A DNA stretch of 64,000 nt, taken from Alphaproteobacteria bacterium (GTDB lineage Bacteria > Pseudomonadota > Alphaproteobacteria > UBA6615). Position 1 is the stretch's first letter. Each line of letters opens with the position of its first letter. Positions 39,719-48,835 of this stretch are shown here, in pieces. The stretch is taken from positions 5,319 through 69,318 of the forward strand of contig SHVS01000009.1 in assembly GCA_009694135.1 (NCBI GenBank), read 5' to 3'. The notes beneath the pieces were generated by a model. That model was given only the letters and a program-made list of their open reading frames with translations. It had not been told where the DNA came from and did not search any database. A program made the position numbers and the translations under genes.

Positions 39719-40872
39719 GTCGCGCGGTAGGGCGACTCAGCCGTAAGTTCTTCGATTTCGAGCTGGAGCGCGCTCGCCTCCCGCCGGCAATAGGTAGCAA
39801 CCGCATCGCGCAAGCCCGCATGCTCGATCCAATGCGCGCTCCAGGTGAGTGCCGGCAGATAGCCGCGCGCGATCTTGTGCGGCCCCTGCGTGCCGGCCTC
39901 GACCCGCGCCAGTTTGTGCGCGATCGCATAGTCGATGGCTTGGTAATAGCATGCCTCGAAATGCAGAAAGGGCACGTCTTCCGACGCGCCCCAATTGCGT
40001 CCGAACAACGAATCCGCGCCCTTGATGTTAAGCGCGGCGGCAATGGGATCGCCAGCGCGCTCGGCCCAGATCAGCACCACGCTCTCGCCCATGCTATCGC
40101 CGAGAAAATCGAAAAAGCGGCGGGTGAGATACGGCCTTCCCCATTTGCGGTCATAGGTCGAGGCATAGAAGCGGTGGAAGCGATCCCATATCGCGGGCGT
40201 CAGATCATCGCCGCCGAGCACGCGTAACGTCACCCCGGCGTCGGCGACCGCCTGGCGCTCCTTCTTGATCGCCTTGCGCTTGCGGCTGGTGAGCGTGTCG
40301 AGGAAATCGGCGAAATCGCGATAGCCGCGATTGTTCCAATGGAACTGCACCCCCTGGCGCAGGATCCATCCGGCGGCGGAGAAAGCCGCGCGGTCGTCCT
40401 CGTCGATGAAGGTCGCATGCACCGAAGAGGCCGCGCACTCGCGCGCGCAGTTCACCAGCCCGGCGATCAATTGCTGACGGAGCGCGGGGGCTTGCGGCCC
40501 CGGCGGCACGAGCAAACGCGGGCCGGGCACGGGCGAGAATGGCGCCGCCACTTGCAGCTTGGGGTAATAGGCGCCGCCGGCGCGGGCGAAGGCTTCGGCC
40601 CAGCCCCAGTCGAACACATATTCGCCGTAGGAATGGCTTTTCAAATAGGTGGGAACGACGCCGAGCACCCGCCCATCCGCCCCTGCGGCCAGCAGATGCA
40701 GCGGCCGCCAGCCGGTTTCCGCGACCGCCGAGCCGCTCGCTTCGAGCGCGTGCAGAAAGGCATGGCTGACGAACGGATTGGCACCGCCGGCGCAGCGGTC
40801 CCACTCCGACGGTGCGAGCGCAGCGATCGTGTCCAGAGTCCGCAGCGTCAGACCGCCGTCGCCATCGGGCAT
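39712..40872 (-). CDS. FemAB-like/GNAT-fold protein of the DUF482 family
   Basis: 386-aa ORF (...WDRCAGGANPFVSHAFLHALEASGS...YYPKLQVAAPFSPVPGPRLL...). Family recalled from memory, not searched. Confidence 0.7.
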   Translation of the reverse strand: MPDGDGGLTLRTLDTIAALAPSEWDRCAGGANPFVSHAFLHALEASGSAVAETGWRPLHLLAAGADGRVLGVVPTYLKSHSYGEYVFDWGWAEAFARAGGAYYPKLQVAAPFSPVPGPRLLVPPGPQAPALRQQLIAGLVNCARECAASSVHATFIDEDDRAAFSAAGWILRQGVQFHWNNRGYRDFADFLDTLTSRKRKAIKKERQAVADAGVTLRVLGGDDLTPAIWDRFHRFYASTYDRKWGRPYLTRRFFDFLGDSMGESVVLIWAERAGDPIAAALNIKGADSLFGRNWGASEDVPFLHFEACYYQAIDYAIAHKLARVEAGTQGPHKIARGYLPALTWSAHWIEHAGLRDAVATYCRREASALQLEIEELTAESPYRATE

Positions 40873-40894
40873 CGCCGCACCTGCCTAGCCTCGG

Positions 40895-41362
40895 TTATTT
40901 GACCTCGAAAGTGCCTTCGACCTCGACCGCCACGCCCATCGGCAACGTGTAAACGCCGACGGAGGAGCGGGCATGGCGCCCGGCATCGCCGAACACGGCG
41001 ACCATCAGGTCGGACGCGCCATTCACGACTTTCGAGTGATCGGCGAAATCTTCGGTCGAGGCGACGAAGCCGATCAACTTGACGCAGCGCACCACACGGT
41101 CGAGATCGCCGTCGCACGCCGCCTTAAGCTGCGCCAGCAGCGACAAGCAACAGGTGCGCGCCGCCGCGGCGCCCTGATCGACCGTCAGCTCGCGGCCAAG
41201 CTTGCCCTTCGGCCCCGGCTTGCCGTCCTGCATGGCGACTTGGCCGGAAACAAAGACGAGCGAGCCGGTTCGCACCCAAGGCACATAGTTGGCCACTGCC
41301 GCCGGCGCTGCCGGTAAGGCGATGCTAAGCTCATTCAAGCGCGCGTCGATTCTGCCCAGCAT
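40895..41362 (-). CDS. RidA/YjgF-family protein
   Basis: In frame 40895-41479, start moved to ATG 41362 (MLGRIDARLNELSIALP...YVPWVRTGSLVFVSGQ...), 155 aa. Confidence 0.85.
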   Translation of the reverse strand: MLGRIDARLNELSIALPAAPAAVANYVPWVRTGSLVFVSGQVAMQDGKPGPKGKLGRELTVDQGAAAARTCCLSLLAQLKAACDGDLDRVVRCVKLIGFVASTEDFADHSKVVNGASDLMVAVFGDAGRHARSSVGVYTLPMGVAVEVEGTFEVK

Positions 41363-41444
41363 GCGTGCCTCCTGATTGCGAATGCGCCGGATGGGACGCC
41401 AGCCGCACGGCGGATGCAAGCGCCTCGCCCGGCAAATTGACAGT

Positions 41445-41482
41445 CCACAAAATAAGAGGGTGCGCGGCCGGCCGCGCACCCT
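41445..41482 (-). terminator. Rho-independent terminator (minus strand)
   Basis: 26-nt perfect palindrome AGGGTGCGCGGCCGGCCGCGCACCCT (41457-41482), followed on the minus strand by CTTATTTTGTGG. The plus-strand side has no T-tract. Confidence 0.6.
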
Positions 41483-41760
41483 GAAGTTGCGTCGACGGCA
41501 GCCGTTGCGCGGCCGCGGGCCGAGGGGTCCTGGTACCCCCCCGGCCCATCATCCGCTCTTCCGAGGGAGGTCGTCGGAGCGGATGCGGCAGCGGCGCCCG
41601 GACGGTGCTGCGTTCGCGAACGAAGCCTCGCCCGGGCATTAGCCCCCGATGTCGCCAGTCTTTGGCGACGCATGAACGTATGGCAGGAAATACGGGCGCG
41701 ACAACTAGATATTGTGGGTGGGCATTCCTCGTTCTACTAGAATAGCTTGTAGTGGTCATG
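41483..41760 (-). ncRNA. Candidate structured RNA or leader of unknown class, ending at the 41445-41482 terminator
   Basis: Lies in a 519-bp gap with no credible ORF. Minus-strand hairpins: GTCGCCA-aagac-TGGCGAC; GGGCCG-g-GGGGT-accagg-ACCCC-t-CGGCCC; and TCCGA-cgaCCUCCC-TCGGA with a CCUCCC loop. The 5' end is not defined. Confidence 0.25.
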
Positions 41761-41881
41761 CTCCGCCCAGGAGTGATCGGGTCAACTATCCGAATCGCGC
41801 CGACTCGATCCTAGCCGCTGGACCGGAGCGCGGGTCGGTGCGATATATCGCGCCATCGAATCAGCGACGCGGCGGGCGCAA

Positions 41882-42238
41882 ATGACAGGCCTCGGAACGC
41901 GCCTCATGACCTGGATCTCGGGTCGCTATGTGGGGACGGACGAGTTCGGCAATCGTTACTACCGGGGACGCGGGCGGCGCGGCTATACGCGCGAGCGCCG
42001 CTGGGTCATGTACAAGGGCGCGGTCGAAGCCAGCCGTGTGCCGCCCGAGTGGCACGGCTGGTTGCATTACGTCAGCGACAACGCGCCACTGGAGGCGCGC
42101 AGCCGCTTCGCCTGGCAACAACCGCATCAGCCCAATCTCACCGGAACGGCGGACGCCTATCGCCCGGCCGGCAGCCTGTTAAAGGGTGGTACGCGGGCGA
42201 AGGCCAGCGCCGACTACGAACCATGGACGCCGCGTTGA
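41882..42238 (+). CDS. NADH:ubiquinone oxidoreductase subunit NDUFA12-family protein
   Basis: 118-aa ORF containing GTDEFGNRYYRGR...RRWVMYKG...EASRVPPEWHGWLHY. Confidence 0.85.
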   Translation: MTGLGTRLMTWISGRYVGTDEFGNRYYRGRGRRGYTRERRWVMYKGAVEASRVPPEWHGWLHYVSDNAPLEARSRFAWQQPHQPNLTGTADAYRPAGSLLKGGTRAKASADYEPWTPR

Positions 42239-42735
42239 ACGGCTTTGCGCGCGGCGAAGCCAAGGAAATTCTGGCCGGCTTGGCCGCGCTGGTCTTACTC
42301 GGCGCGATCTTCTTTTTTAGCGTGCTCGGTCAAGGCCTGGGGCGGGTGGCTTCGACGGAACTGATCGCGCGCTTCTCTCGCGCCGACGGCATTACGCTCA
42401 AAAGCGAAGTCCGCATTTCCGGCGTGCGTGTCGGACGCGTCGTCGGCCAGTCGCTCGACGAGTACAGCCGCGTGGTGCTCACGCTTGGGCTGGATCCTGG
42501 GGTCAAGCTCGACACCCAGGCCTCGGCCTCGATCGCTACCGATGGGCTGTTCGGCGCCAAACATGTCGAAATCAAACTGGGCGGCGGTGATGCGGACATC
42601 CCATCGGGGGAAGAAATCGCCTACACCGAACCCGCGATGCTTATCGAGGATCTTCTGGAATTGATATTGTCGCGCGCGCGCGAGGCACGCGCGAAGCCCA
42701 AGCCGGGAGAAAAAGATGCACCGCAGCGTCCTTGA
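42223..42735 (+). CDS. MlaD/MCE-domain protein (paralogue 1)
   Basis: In frame 42049-42735, start moved to ATG 42223. It has an N-terminal TM helix and MCE domain (VRISGVRVGRVVGQSLD...DGLFGAKHVEI). Confidence 0.8.
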   Translation: MDAALNGFARGEAKEILAGLAALVLLGAIFFFSVLGQGLGRVASTELIARFSRADGITLKSEVRISGVRVGRVVGQSLDEYSRVVLTLGLDPGVKLDTQASASIATDGLFGAKHVEIKLGGGDADIPSGEEIAYTEPAMLIEDLLELILSRAREARAKPKPGEKDAPQRP

Positions 42736-43168
42736 AACATTGATCGGTGCCGCTGTCATGGTGATCGCGGCGACGTTTCTGGTCTATGGCGTGCTCAATG
42801 CGCGCCCCGCCGAAGGTACGGGCTATGTTGTCACCGCCCGCTTCCTGCAGGTCGGCGGGCTTGAGGCCGGCAGCGATGTGCGCATCAACGGCATCAAGGT
42901 AGGCAGGGTGCTCAGCCGCACGCTCGACCCCGATAAAAACTTCGAAGCCGTGATTCAGTTGTCGCTTGGCAATGGAGTGCGCGTTCCGAAGGATAGCGAA
43001 GCGGCGATCGCCGGCGACGGGCTCTTGGGCGACAAATATGTCCGCATACTTCCAGGCGATTCCCCGGTATCGCTTAAATCAGGCGATACCGTGATGAAGA
43101 CAAAAAACTACAAGAGCCTGGAGGATGCCGTAGCCGAAATCATCTTCCTCGCGACCGGGGCCAATTGA
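42716..43168 (+). CDS. Outer-membrane lipid asymmetry protein MlaD (paralogue 2)
   Basis: 150-aa ORF with a TM helix, then VRINGIKVGRVLSRTLDP...DGLLGDKYVRILPG. Confidence 0.85.
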   Translation: MHRSVLETLIGAAVMVIAATFLVYGVLNARPAEGTGYVVTARFLQVGGLEAGSDVRINGIKVGRVLSRTLDPDKNFEAVIQLSLGNGVRVPKDSEAAIAGDGLLGDKYVRILPGDSPVSLKSGDTVMKTKNYKSLEDAVAEIIFLATGAN

Positions 43169-43602
43169 GAGCGCAAGCGGCCGCCCTTGCCCTTGCCTTG
43201 GCCGCGAGCATTTCCGGCGCGGCGCGGGCCCAAGACGCGCCCCTGACGCCTCCGCCGCCGGATCGCGGGATGCTCGTCGGCAGCGGCGCCGTGCTGCAAG
43301 GGCTCGACAAGATCACAGCGCGGGTGCGGTCGCTCGAACTCGAGTTCGGCGAAACCCTGGTTTTCGGCACCTTGCGTATCACGCTGCGCGCCTGTCGCAA
43401 GGCGCCGCCCGAGGACGCGCCGGAAGCGGTCGCCTTCCTCGAAATCACCGAAGTGCGCCCGCCACAGTTTCCGATCCGTATTTTTAGCGGCTGGATGTTC
43501 GCCTCCAGCCCGGCCTTGTCGGCGCTCGAACACCCAGTTTATGACGTCTGGGTCACTGACTGTAAGAACGTGAGCAAGGCCCCGGGCGGCAACTCGCGCT
43601 GA
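43165..43602 (+). CDS. DUF2155-family periplasmic protein
   Basis: 145-aa ORF with a signal peptide and [11 protein letters not shown]...[18 protein letters not shown]...WMFASSP...[11 protein letters not shown]. It sits in the usual position after mlaD. TTG start. Confidence 0.75.
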   Translation: MRAQAAALALALAASISGAARAQDAPLTPPPPDRGMLVGSGAVLQGLDKITARVRSLELEFGETLVFGTLRITLRACRKAPPEDAPEAVAFLEITEVRPPQFPIRIFSGWMFASSPALSALEHPVYDVWVTDCKNVSKAPGGNSR

Positions 43603-44189
43603 AATTCGGCCTGGATTCGGAGCGCGCGCCCGAGCATCAGCTTGTAGCGGCGGCGCGGCACTTCGATCGCTCCAAACCGCCGCAGATGCGCGGTCACGAA
43701 TTGCATGTCGAGCAGCACGAAGCCGCCGGCGCGCAGGCGCATCACCAGTTCGACCAGCGCCACCTTGCTGGCATCGGTCACGCGGCTGAACATGCTCTCG
43801 CCAAAGAATGCGCCGCCGAGCGTCACGCCATACAGCCCGCCGACCAGCGAACCGTCGCGCCAGCACTCGACCGAATGCGCGAAGCCTAGCTCGAATAATG
43901 CGCTATAGAGCCGCTCGATCTCGGCATTGATCCAGGTGTCCGGCCGATCTTCGGAACTCTCGGCGCATTCGGCCACGACTTGCGCGAAGGCGGTGTCGCA
44001 CCGCACCTCGAAGGGCGCTTGGCGAAGCGTGCGCTTGAGTCGGCGCGAGACATGCATTTGATCGAGCGGCAGCACGCCGCGGAATTCCGGATCGATCCAG
44101 TGCAAGGAGCTGTCGGCGCGGCTTTCCGCCATCGGAAAAACGCCGGCGGCATACGCGCCAAGCAGCAGCTGCGGGGTAAGCCCGGACAT
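43539..44189 (-). CDS. aat: Leucyl/phenylalanyl-tRNA--protein transferase
   Basis: 216-aa ORF containing [16 protein letters not shown]...[15 protein letters not shown]...[19 protein letters not shown]. Confidence 0.92.
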   Translation of the reverse strand: MSGLTPQLLLGAYAAGVFPMAESRADSSLHWIDPEFRGVLPLDQMHVSRRLKRTLRQAPFEVRCDTAFAQVVAECAESSEDRPDTWINAEIERLYSALFELGFAHSVECWRDGSLVGGLYGVTLGGAFFGESMFSRVTDASKVALVELVMRLRAGGFVLLDMQFVTAHLRRFGAIEVPRRRYKLMLGRALRIQAEFQRELPPGALLTFLQSVTQTS

Positions 44190-44207
44190 TCTCAGGCCCC
44201 CGCAACG

Positions 44208-45551
<1,344 letters not shown>

Positions 45552-45603
45552 CGAGCGCGTCCGAAGCAAGCGGGCGGGGCGCCGGCGCCTTGCGAGCGCC
45601 CGA

Positions 45604-46053
45604 TCATTCGATGATCGCCAAGAGCTCGCCGTACTCCACCGCCTGACCGTTGCTGACCAGCATGCGGGCAAGCGTGCCCGAGCGATGCGCCTTGACCTCG
45701 TTGAAAGTCTTCATCGCCTCGATCAGCAGCACGGTCTGGCCCGCGAGCACGGCCTGGCCGACGGCCACAAAGGCCGGCTCGCCCGGTCCCGTGCTGAGAT
45801 AGACCGTTCCGACCATGGGCGACGGGATGGCCCCGCTGTGATCGGCGACCACGGGCGCCGTCTCGCTCTTTGCCGGGGCGGACTCGGGCGCGCCGCTATG
45901 CGAATGCACCACGGTCGTGCCGGCGGCCACATGCGGCAGCGCCACGCGGATGCGGCGGCCTTCCGACTCGTACTCGATCTCGCCCAGCCCGGCTTCGCGC
46001 AGCAGGCTGGCGAGCTTGAGCACCAGATCGCTATCAACCTCGAATCGCGCCAT
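45604..46053 (-). CDS. accB: Acetyl-CoA carboxylase biotin carboxyl carrier protein
   Basis: In frame 45604-46137, start moved to ATG 46053. Biotinylation motif IEAMKTFNEV. Confidence 0.92.
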   Translation of the reverse strand: MARFEVDSDLVLKLASLLREAGLGEIEYESEGRRIRVALPHVAAGTTVVHSHSGAPESAPAKSETAPVVADHSGAIPSPMVGTVYLSTGPGEPAFVAVGQAVLAGQTVLLIEAMKTFNEVKAHRSGTLARMLVSNGQAVEYGELLAIIE

Positions 46054-46058
46054 GAAGC

Positions 46059-46517
46059 TCAGCCCCCCTTGCGTGCGGTGATCATGCGGGCTAGCGCCGC
46101 GACTGCCAAGACATAGCCATGCGAGCCCAACCCGCAAATGACCCCGGTGGCCGCCGGGCTGATATGTGACTTCCGCCGGTACGACTCGCGGCGATAGGGG
46201 TTGGTCAGATGCACTTCGATCACCGGGACCTCGACCGAGCGCAGCGCGTCGAGGATGGCGATCGACGTATGCGTATAGGCTCCGGCATTGAGAATCACTC
46301 CGGCGGCTTTCTTGCGCGCCTCCTGCAGCCAGGTGACCAGCTCGCCCTCATGGTTGCTCTGGCGGAAGACGGATTGCAGCCCGGCCTCGGCCGCCGATTC
46401 GGCGCACATCTGCCCGATTTCAGCCAGTGTTTCGCGACCATAGATCTCCGGCTCGCGTTCGCCGAGCAGGTTCAGATTCGGGCCGTTGAGGATGAAGATC
46501 GTTGGCTGTTCGGGCAC
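46059..46517 (-). CDS. aroQ: Type II 3-dehydroquinate dehydratase
   Basis: In frame 46059-46727, GTG 46517 gives MPEQPTIFILNGPNLNLLGEREPEIYG..., 152 aa. Classic aroQ-accB-accC order. Confidence 0.9.
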   Translation of the reverse strand: MPEQPTIFILNGPNLNLLGEREPEIYGRETLAEIGQMCAESAAEAGLQSVFRQSNHEGELVTWLQEARKKAAGVILNAGAYTHTSIAILDALRSVEVPVIEVHLTNPYRRESYRRKSHISPAATGVICGLGSHGYVLAVAALARMITARKGG

Positions 46518-46559
46518 GGTGCGCGCTGTAAAAGGGAAGACTGGACGCTTAGCATGCGG

Positions 46560-46793
46560 CGGCGCACACCCGCAACGTCGGCAGGGGCGGGGCTCGGGGG
46601 GGTAAGAAATTTTTACCTGACCGGATTTTTTTGTACCCTTGGCGAGGTTTTCCTGTATAACGCGCCCGCGCTGAACCGGGCCGAGACGCCCTTCATTTGC
46701 TTTCGCTGGGTGCTGTGGGTGGATCACCGCCGCGCTTTTGGCGTTCCGGTTCAGGCAACTGGGTCGTGTAAAACCTGGGTGAGGGGCGATGGA
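46560..46793 (+). promoter_or_regulatory. Structured 5' leader of the ornithine decarboxylase gene (possible alphaproteobacterial speF-type element)
   Basis: Lies in a 276-nt spacer. A perfect 9-bp inverted repeat, CTGAACCGG (46671-46679) and CCGGTTCAG (46746-46754), encloses about 66 nt; a further hairpin is GGTAA-gaaattt-TTACC. Class assignment rests on genomic context only, since the consensus could not be checked. Confidence 0.3.
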
Positions 46794-47924
46794 ATGAATT
46801 CCAAGCTCGCTGAGTTCGTCAACTCACGTCGCGGCGAAACGCCGTTCCTGGTGGTCGATCTCGACCAAATCGGGTCCAACTATCTGCGCCTGAAACGGTT
46901 AATGCCGGCCGCCGAGGTGTTTTATGCCGTCAAGGCCAACCCGGCCGCTCCGGTGCTCGATCGGTTGCAGGCGCTCGGCTCGAGCTTCGATGCCGCGTCG
47001 CTGACTGAAGTGGAGATGTGCCTCACCGCCGGCGCGCCGGCGAAGCGCATTTCCTTCGGCAACACGATCAAGAAGCAGGCGCATATCGCCCGGGCGCATG
47101 AGCTTGGCGTCGACCTGTACGCCTTCGACTCGCTGGGCGAGCTGAAAAAGCTTGCCCAGGCGGCGCCGGGCGCGCGCGTCTATTGCCGCATCGCGCTCGA
47201 CAACATTGGCGCCGATTGGCCGCTGTCGCGCAAGTTTGGCTGCTCGCTGCGCATGGCCGCCGACCTGATGCAGGAGGCGGGCGAGCGCGGGCTCACGCCG
47301 CTCGGCATCTCCTTCCATGTCGGCAGCCAGCAATGCGACCCGCAGCAATGGGACGTGGCGATCGCCAAGACGGCGATGGTCTTTTCCGACCTGCGCGCGC
47401 GCGGGATCGAGCTGCTCATGATCAACATGGGCGGCGGCTTTCCGGTGCGCTATCGCAAGCCGATCCCGGCCATCGAGGCTATCGCCGCCGGCATCCATGG
47501 CGCGCTGACCCGTCACTTCGGCAACGACCTGCCGGACACGATCATCGAGCCGGGCCGCGCCATCGTCGGCGACGCCGGCGTTTTGGCTGCCGAGGTGGTG
47601 CTGATCTCGGAGAAGGACTACGGCGCCGCGGAGCGCTGGGTCTATCTCGACGTGGGTAAGTTCGGCGGTTTGGCCGAAACCCAGGGCGAGGCGATCCAAT
47701 ACACCTTCCGCACCCCGCGGGACGGGGGCGCGAATGGGCGCGTGGTGATTGCCGGCCCGACCTGCGACGGCGCCGATATTCTCTATGAAACGAGCGGTTA
47801 TGAGATGCCGAAGGCGCTGGAAACCGGCGATCAGGTGCAGATTATGGCCGCCGGGGCCTATACCACGACCTATGCCAGCATCGGCTTCAACGGCTTCGCG
47901 CCGCTGAAGGAATACTACATCTAA
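46794..47924 (+). CDS. Ornithine/lysine decarboxylase (type III PLP fold, Orn/DAP/Arg decarboxylase family)
   Basis: In frame 46209-47924, start moved to ATG 46794 (MNSKLAEFV...PFLVVDLD...FYAVKANP, containing the PLP lysine), 376 aa. Confidence 0.9.
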   Translation: MNSKLAEFVNSRRGETPFLVVDLDQIGSNYLRLKRLMPAAEVFYAVKANPAAPVLDRLQALGSSFDAASLTEVEMCLTAGAPAKRISFGNTIKKQAHIARAHELGVDLYAFDSLGELKKLAQAAPGARVYCRIALDNIGADWPLSRKFGCSLRMAADLMQEAGERGLTPLGISFHVGSQQCDPQQWDVAIAKTAMVFSDLRARGIELLMINMGGGFPVRYRKPIPAIEAIAAGIHGALTRHFGNDLPDTIIEPGRAIVGDAGVLAAEVVLISEKDYGAAERWVYLDVGKFGGLAETQGEAIQYTFRTPRDGGANGRVVIAGPTCDGADILYETSGYEMPKALETGDQVQIMAAGAYTTTYASIGFNGFAPLKEYYI

Positions 47925-47939
47925 TTGACGCTGGCTGGT

Positions 47940-47957
47940 GGCCCGCCTAGGCGGGCC
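47940..47957. terminator. GC-rich hairpin between the convergent decarboxylase and DsbA-like genes (no clear U-tract)
   Basis: GGCCCGCC-TA-GGCGGGCC perfect palindrome, 15 nt after the decarboxylase stop and 6 nt from the DsbA-like stop. Confidence 0.3.
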
Positions 47958-47963
47958 GCGGGC

Positions 47964-48734
47964 TTAGCCCTGCGCCCGCGCCGTGCGGATCAGGCGCTTG
48001 AGGATGTCGTTCTCCATCGCCCCCGGATAGACCGACGAGCCAATGACGAAGGCCGGCGTGCCGCTGATGCCGAGCGAGCGCGCGAGCGCGAGATTGCGGT
48101 CGATGACCGCTTGGGTCTCGGGCGCGTCCATCTGCTTCTTGAGCTTGGCGAAGTCGATGCCGAAGGAGGCCGCGATCTTGCCCACGGTGGTCTCGTTGAG
48201 CGGGCCGTGGGCGGCGATCATGGCGGAATGGAATTCGGCGAATTTGGCGTGGTCGCGCGCCGCCAGCGAGGCCTTGGCCGCATAGATCGAATCCGGCCCG
48301 AGGATCGGCAACTCCTTGAGGACGATGCGCAGCTCCTTGTCCTCCTCGACCAGCTTGCGCAGGTTGGCGGAGATGCCTTTGCAATAGGGGCAGCGATAGT
48401 CGACGAACTCGACGATCACCGTTTTTGCCTTGGGATTGCCGAGGCTCCCGTCTTCCGGGGCCGTGAAGAGCTGACCCTTGCTGTTGGCCACGGTGAGCTT
48501 CTGCTGATCCTGCTGCACCTGCTGCTCGCGCTTCTGCATGGTGGTAAGCGCATCCAGCACGGCCTCGGGATGATCGAGCAGATACTCGCGGATGATCTGC
48601 TGCATCTCCTCGCGTTGTTGCGCGGTGAAGGCGGATGGTTGCGGCGTGAAGCCGGGGGCTTGCTGCGCCGACACGGCGACGGGCAGCGTCCATCCGGCGA
48701 CGAACACGGCGAGCAGGGCGATCAGGCGCATCAT
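47964..48734 (-). CDS. DsbA-family periplasmic thiol:disulfide oxidoreductase
   Basis: In frame 47964-49028, start moved to ATG 48734 (MMRLIALLAVFVAG... signal peptide). Active site is CPYC in VEFVDYRCPYCKG. Confidence 0.85.
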   Translation of the reverse strand: MMRLIALLAVFVAGWTLPVAVSAQQAPGFTPQPSAFTAQQREEMQQIIREYLLDHPEAVLDALTTMQKREQQVQQDQQKLTVANSKGQLFTAPEDGSLGNPKAKTVIVEFVDYRCPYCKGISANLRKLVEEDKELRIVLKELPILGPDSIYAAKASLAARDHAKFAEFHSAMIAAHGPLNETTVGKIAASFGIDFAKLKKQMDAPETQAVIDRNLALARSLGISGTPAFVIGSSVYPGAMENDILKRLIRTARAQG

Positions 48735-48835
48735 TCGAGACCCCAGTTGCGATTGCGGGCCGCGGGGCGAGCCGCTGTAGCGGCGCAAGCATAACCGAAT
48801 AAGGTTAATGGCGAAACCACTACGCCTGCAGCGAA

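Noticed and set aside
41363-41881. Tested the structured gap against tmRNA (including the two-piece alphaproteobacterial form), SRP/4.5S RNA, RNase P RNA, 6S RNA and cobalamin, TPP and guanidine riboswitch cores.
   Set aside because: I found none of the defining elements. There was no T-arm-like GGTTCGAnTCC with CCA and no tag reading frame ending in Ala-Ala-stop. GGAAAGTCCGGGC and GTCAGGTCCGGAAGGAAGCAGC were absent, and there was no B12 box. The region is therefore left unclassified rather than assigned.
43539-43602. 64-nt convergent 3' overlap between the DUF2155 gene and aat.
   Set aside because: Both C-termini read as genuine extensions of their proteins. Convergent overlaps of this size occur in compact high-GC genomes. 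Nothing suggests a functional antisense mechanism.
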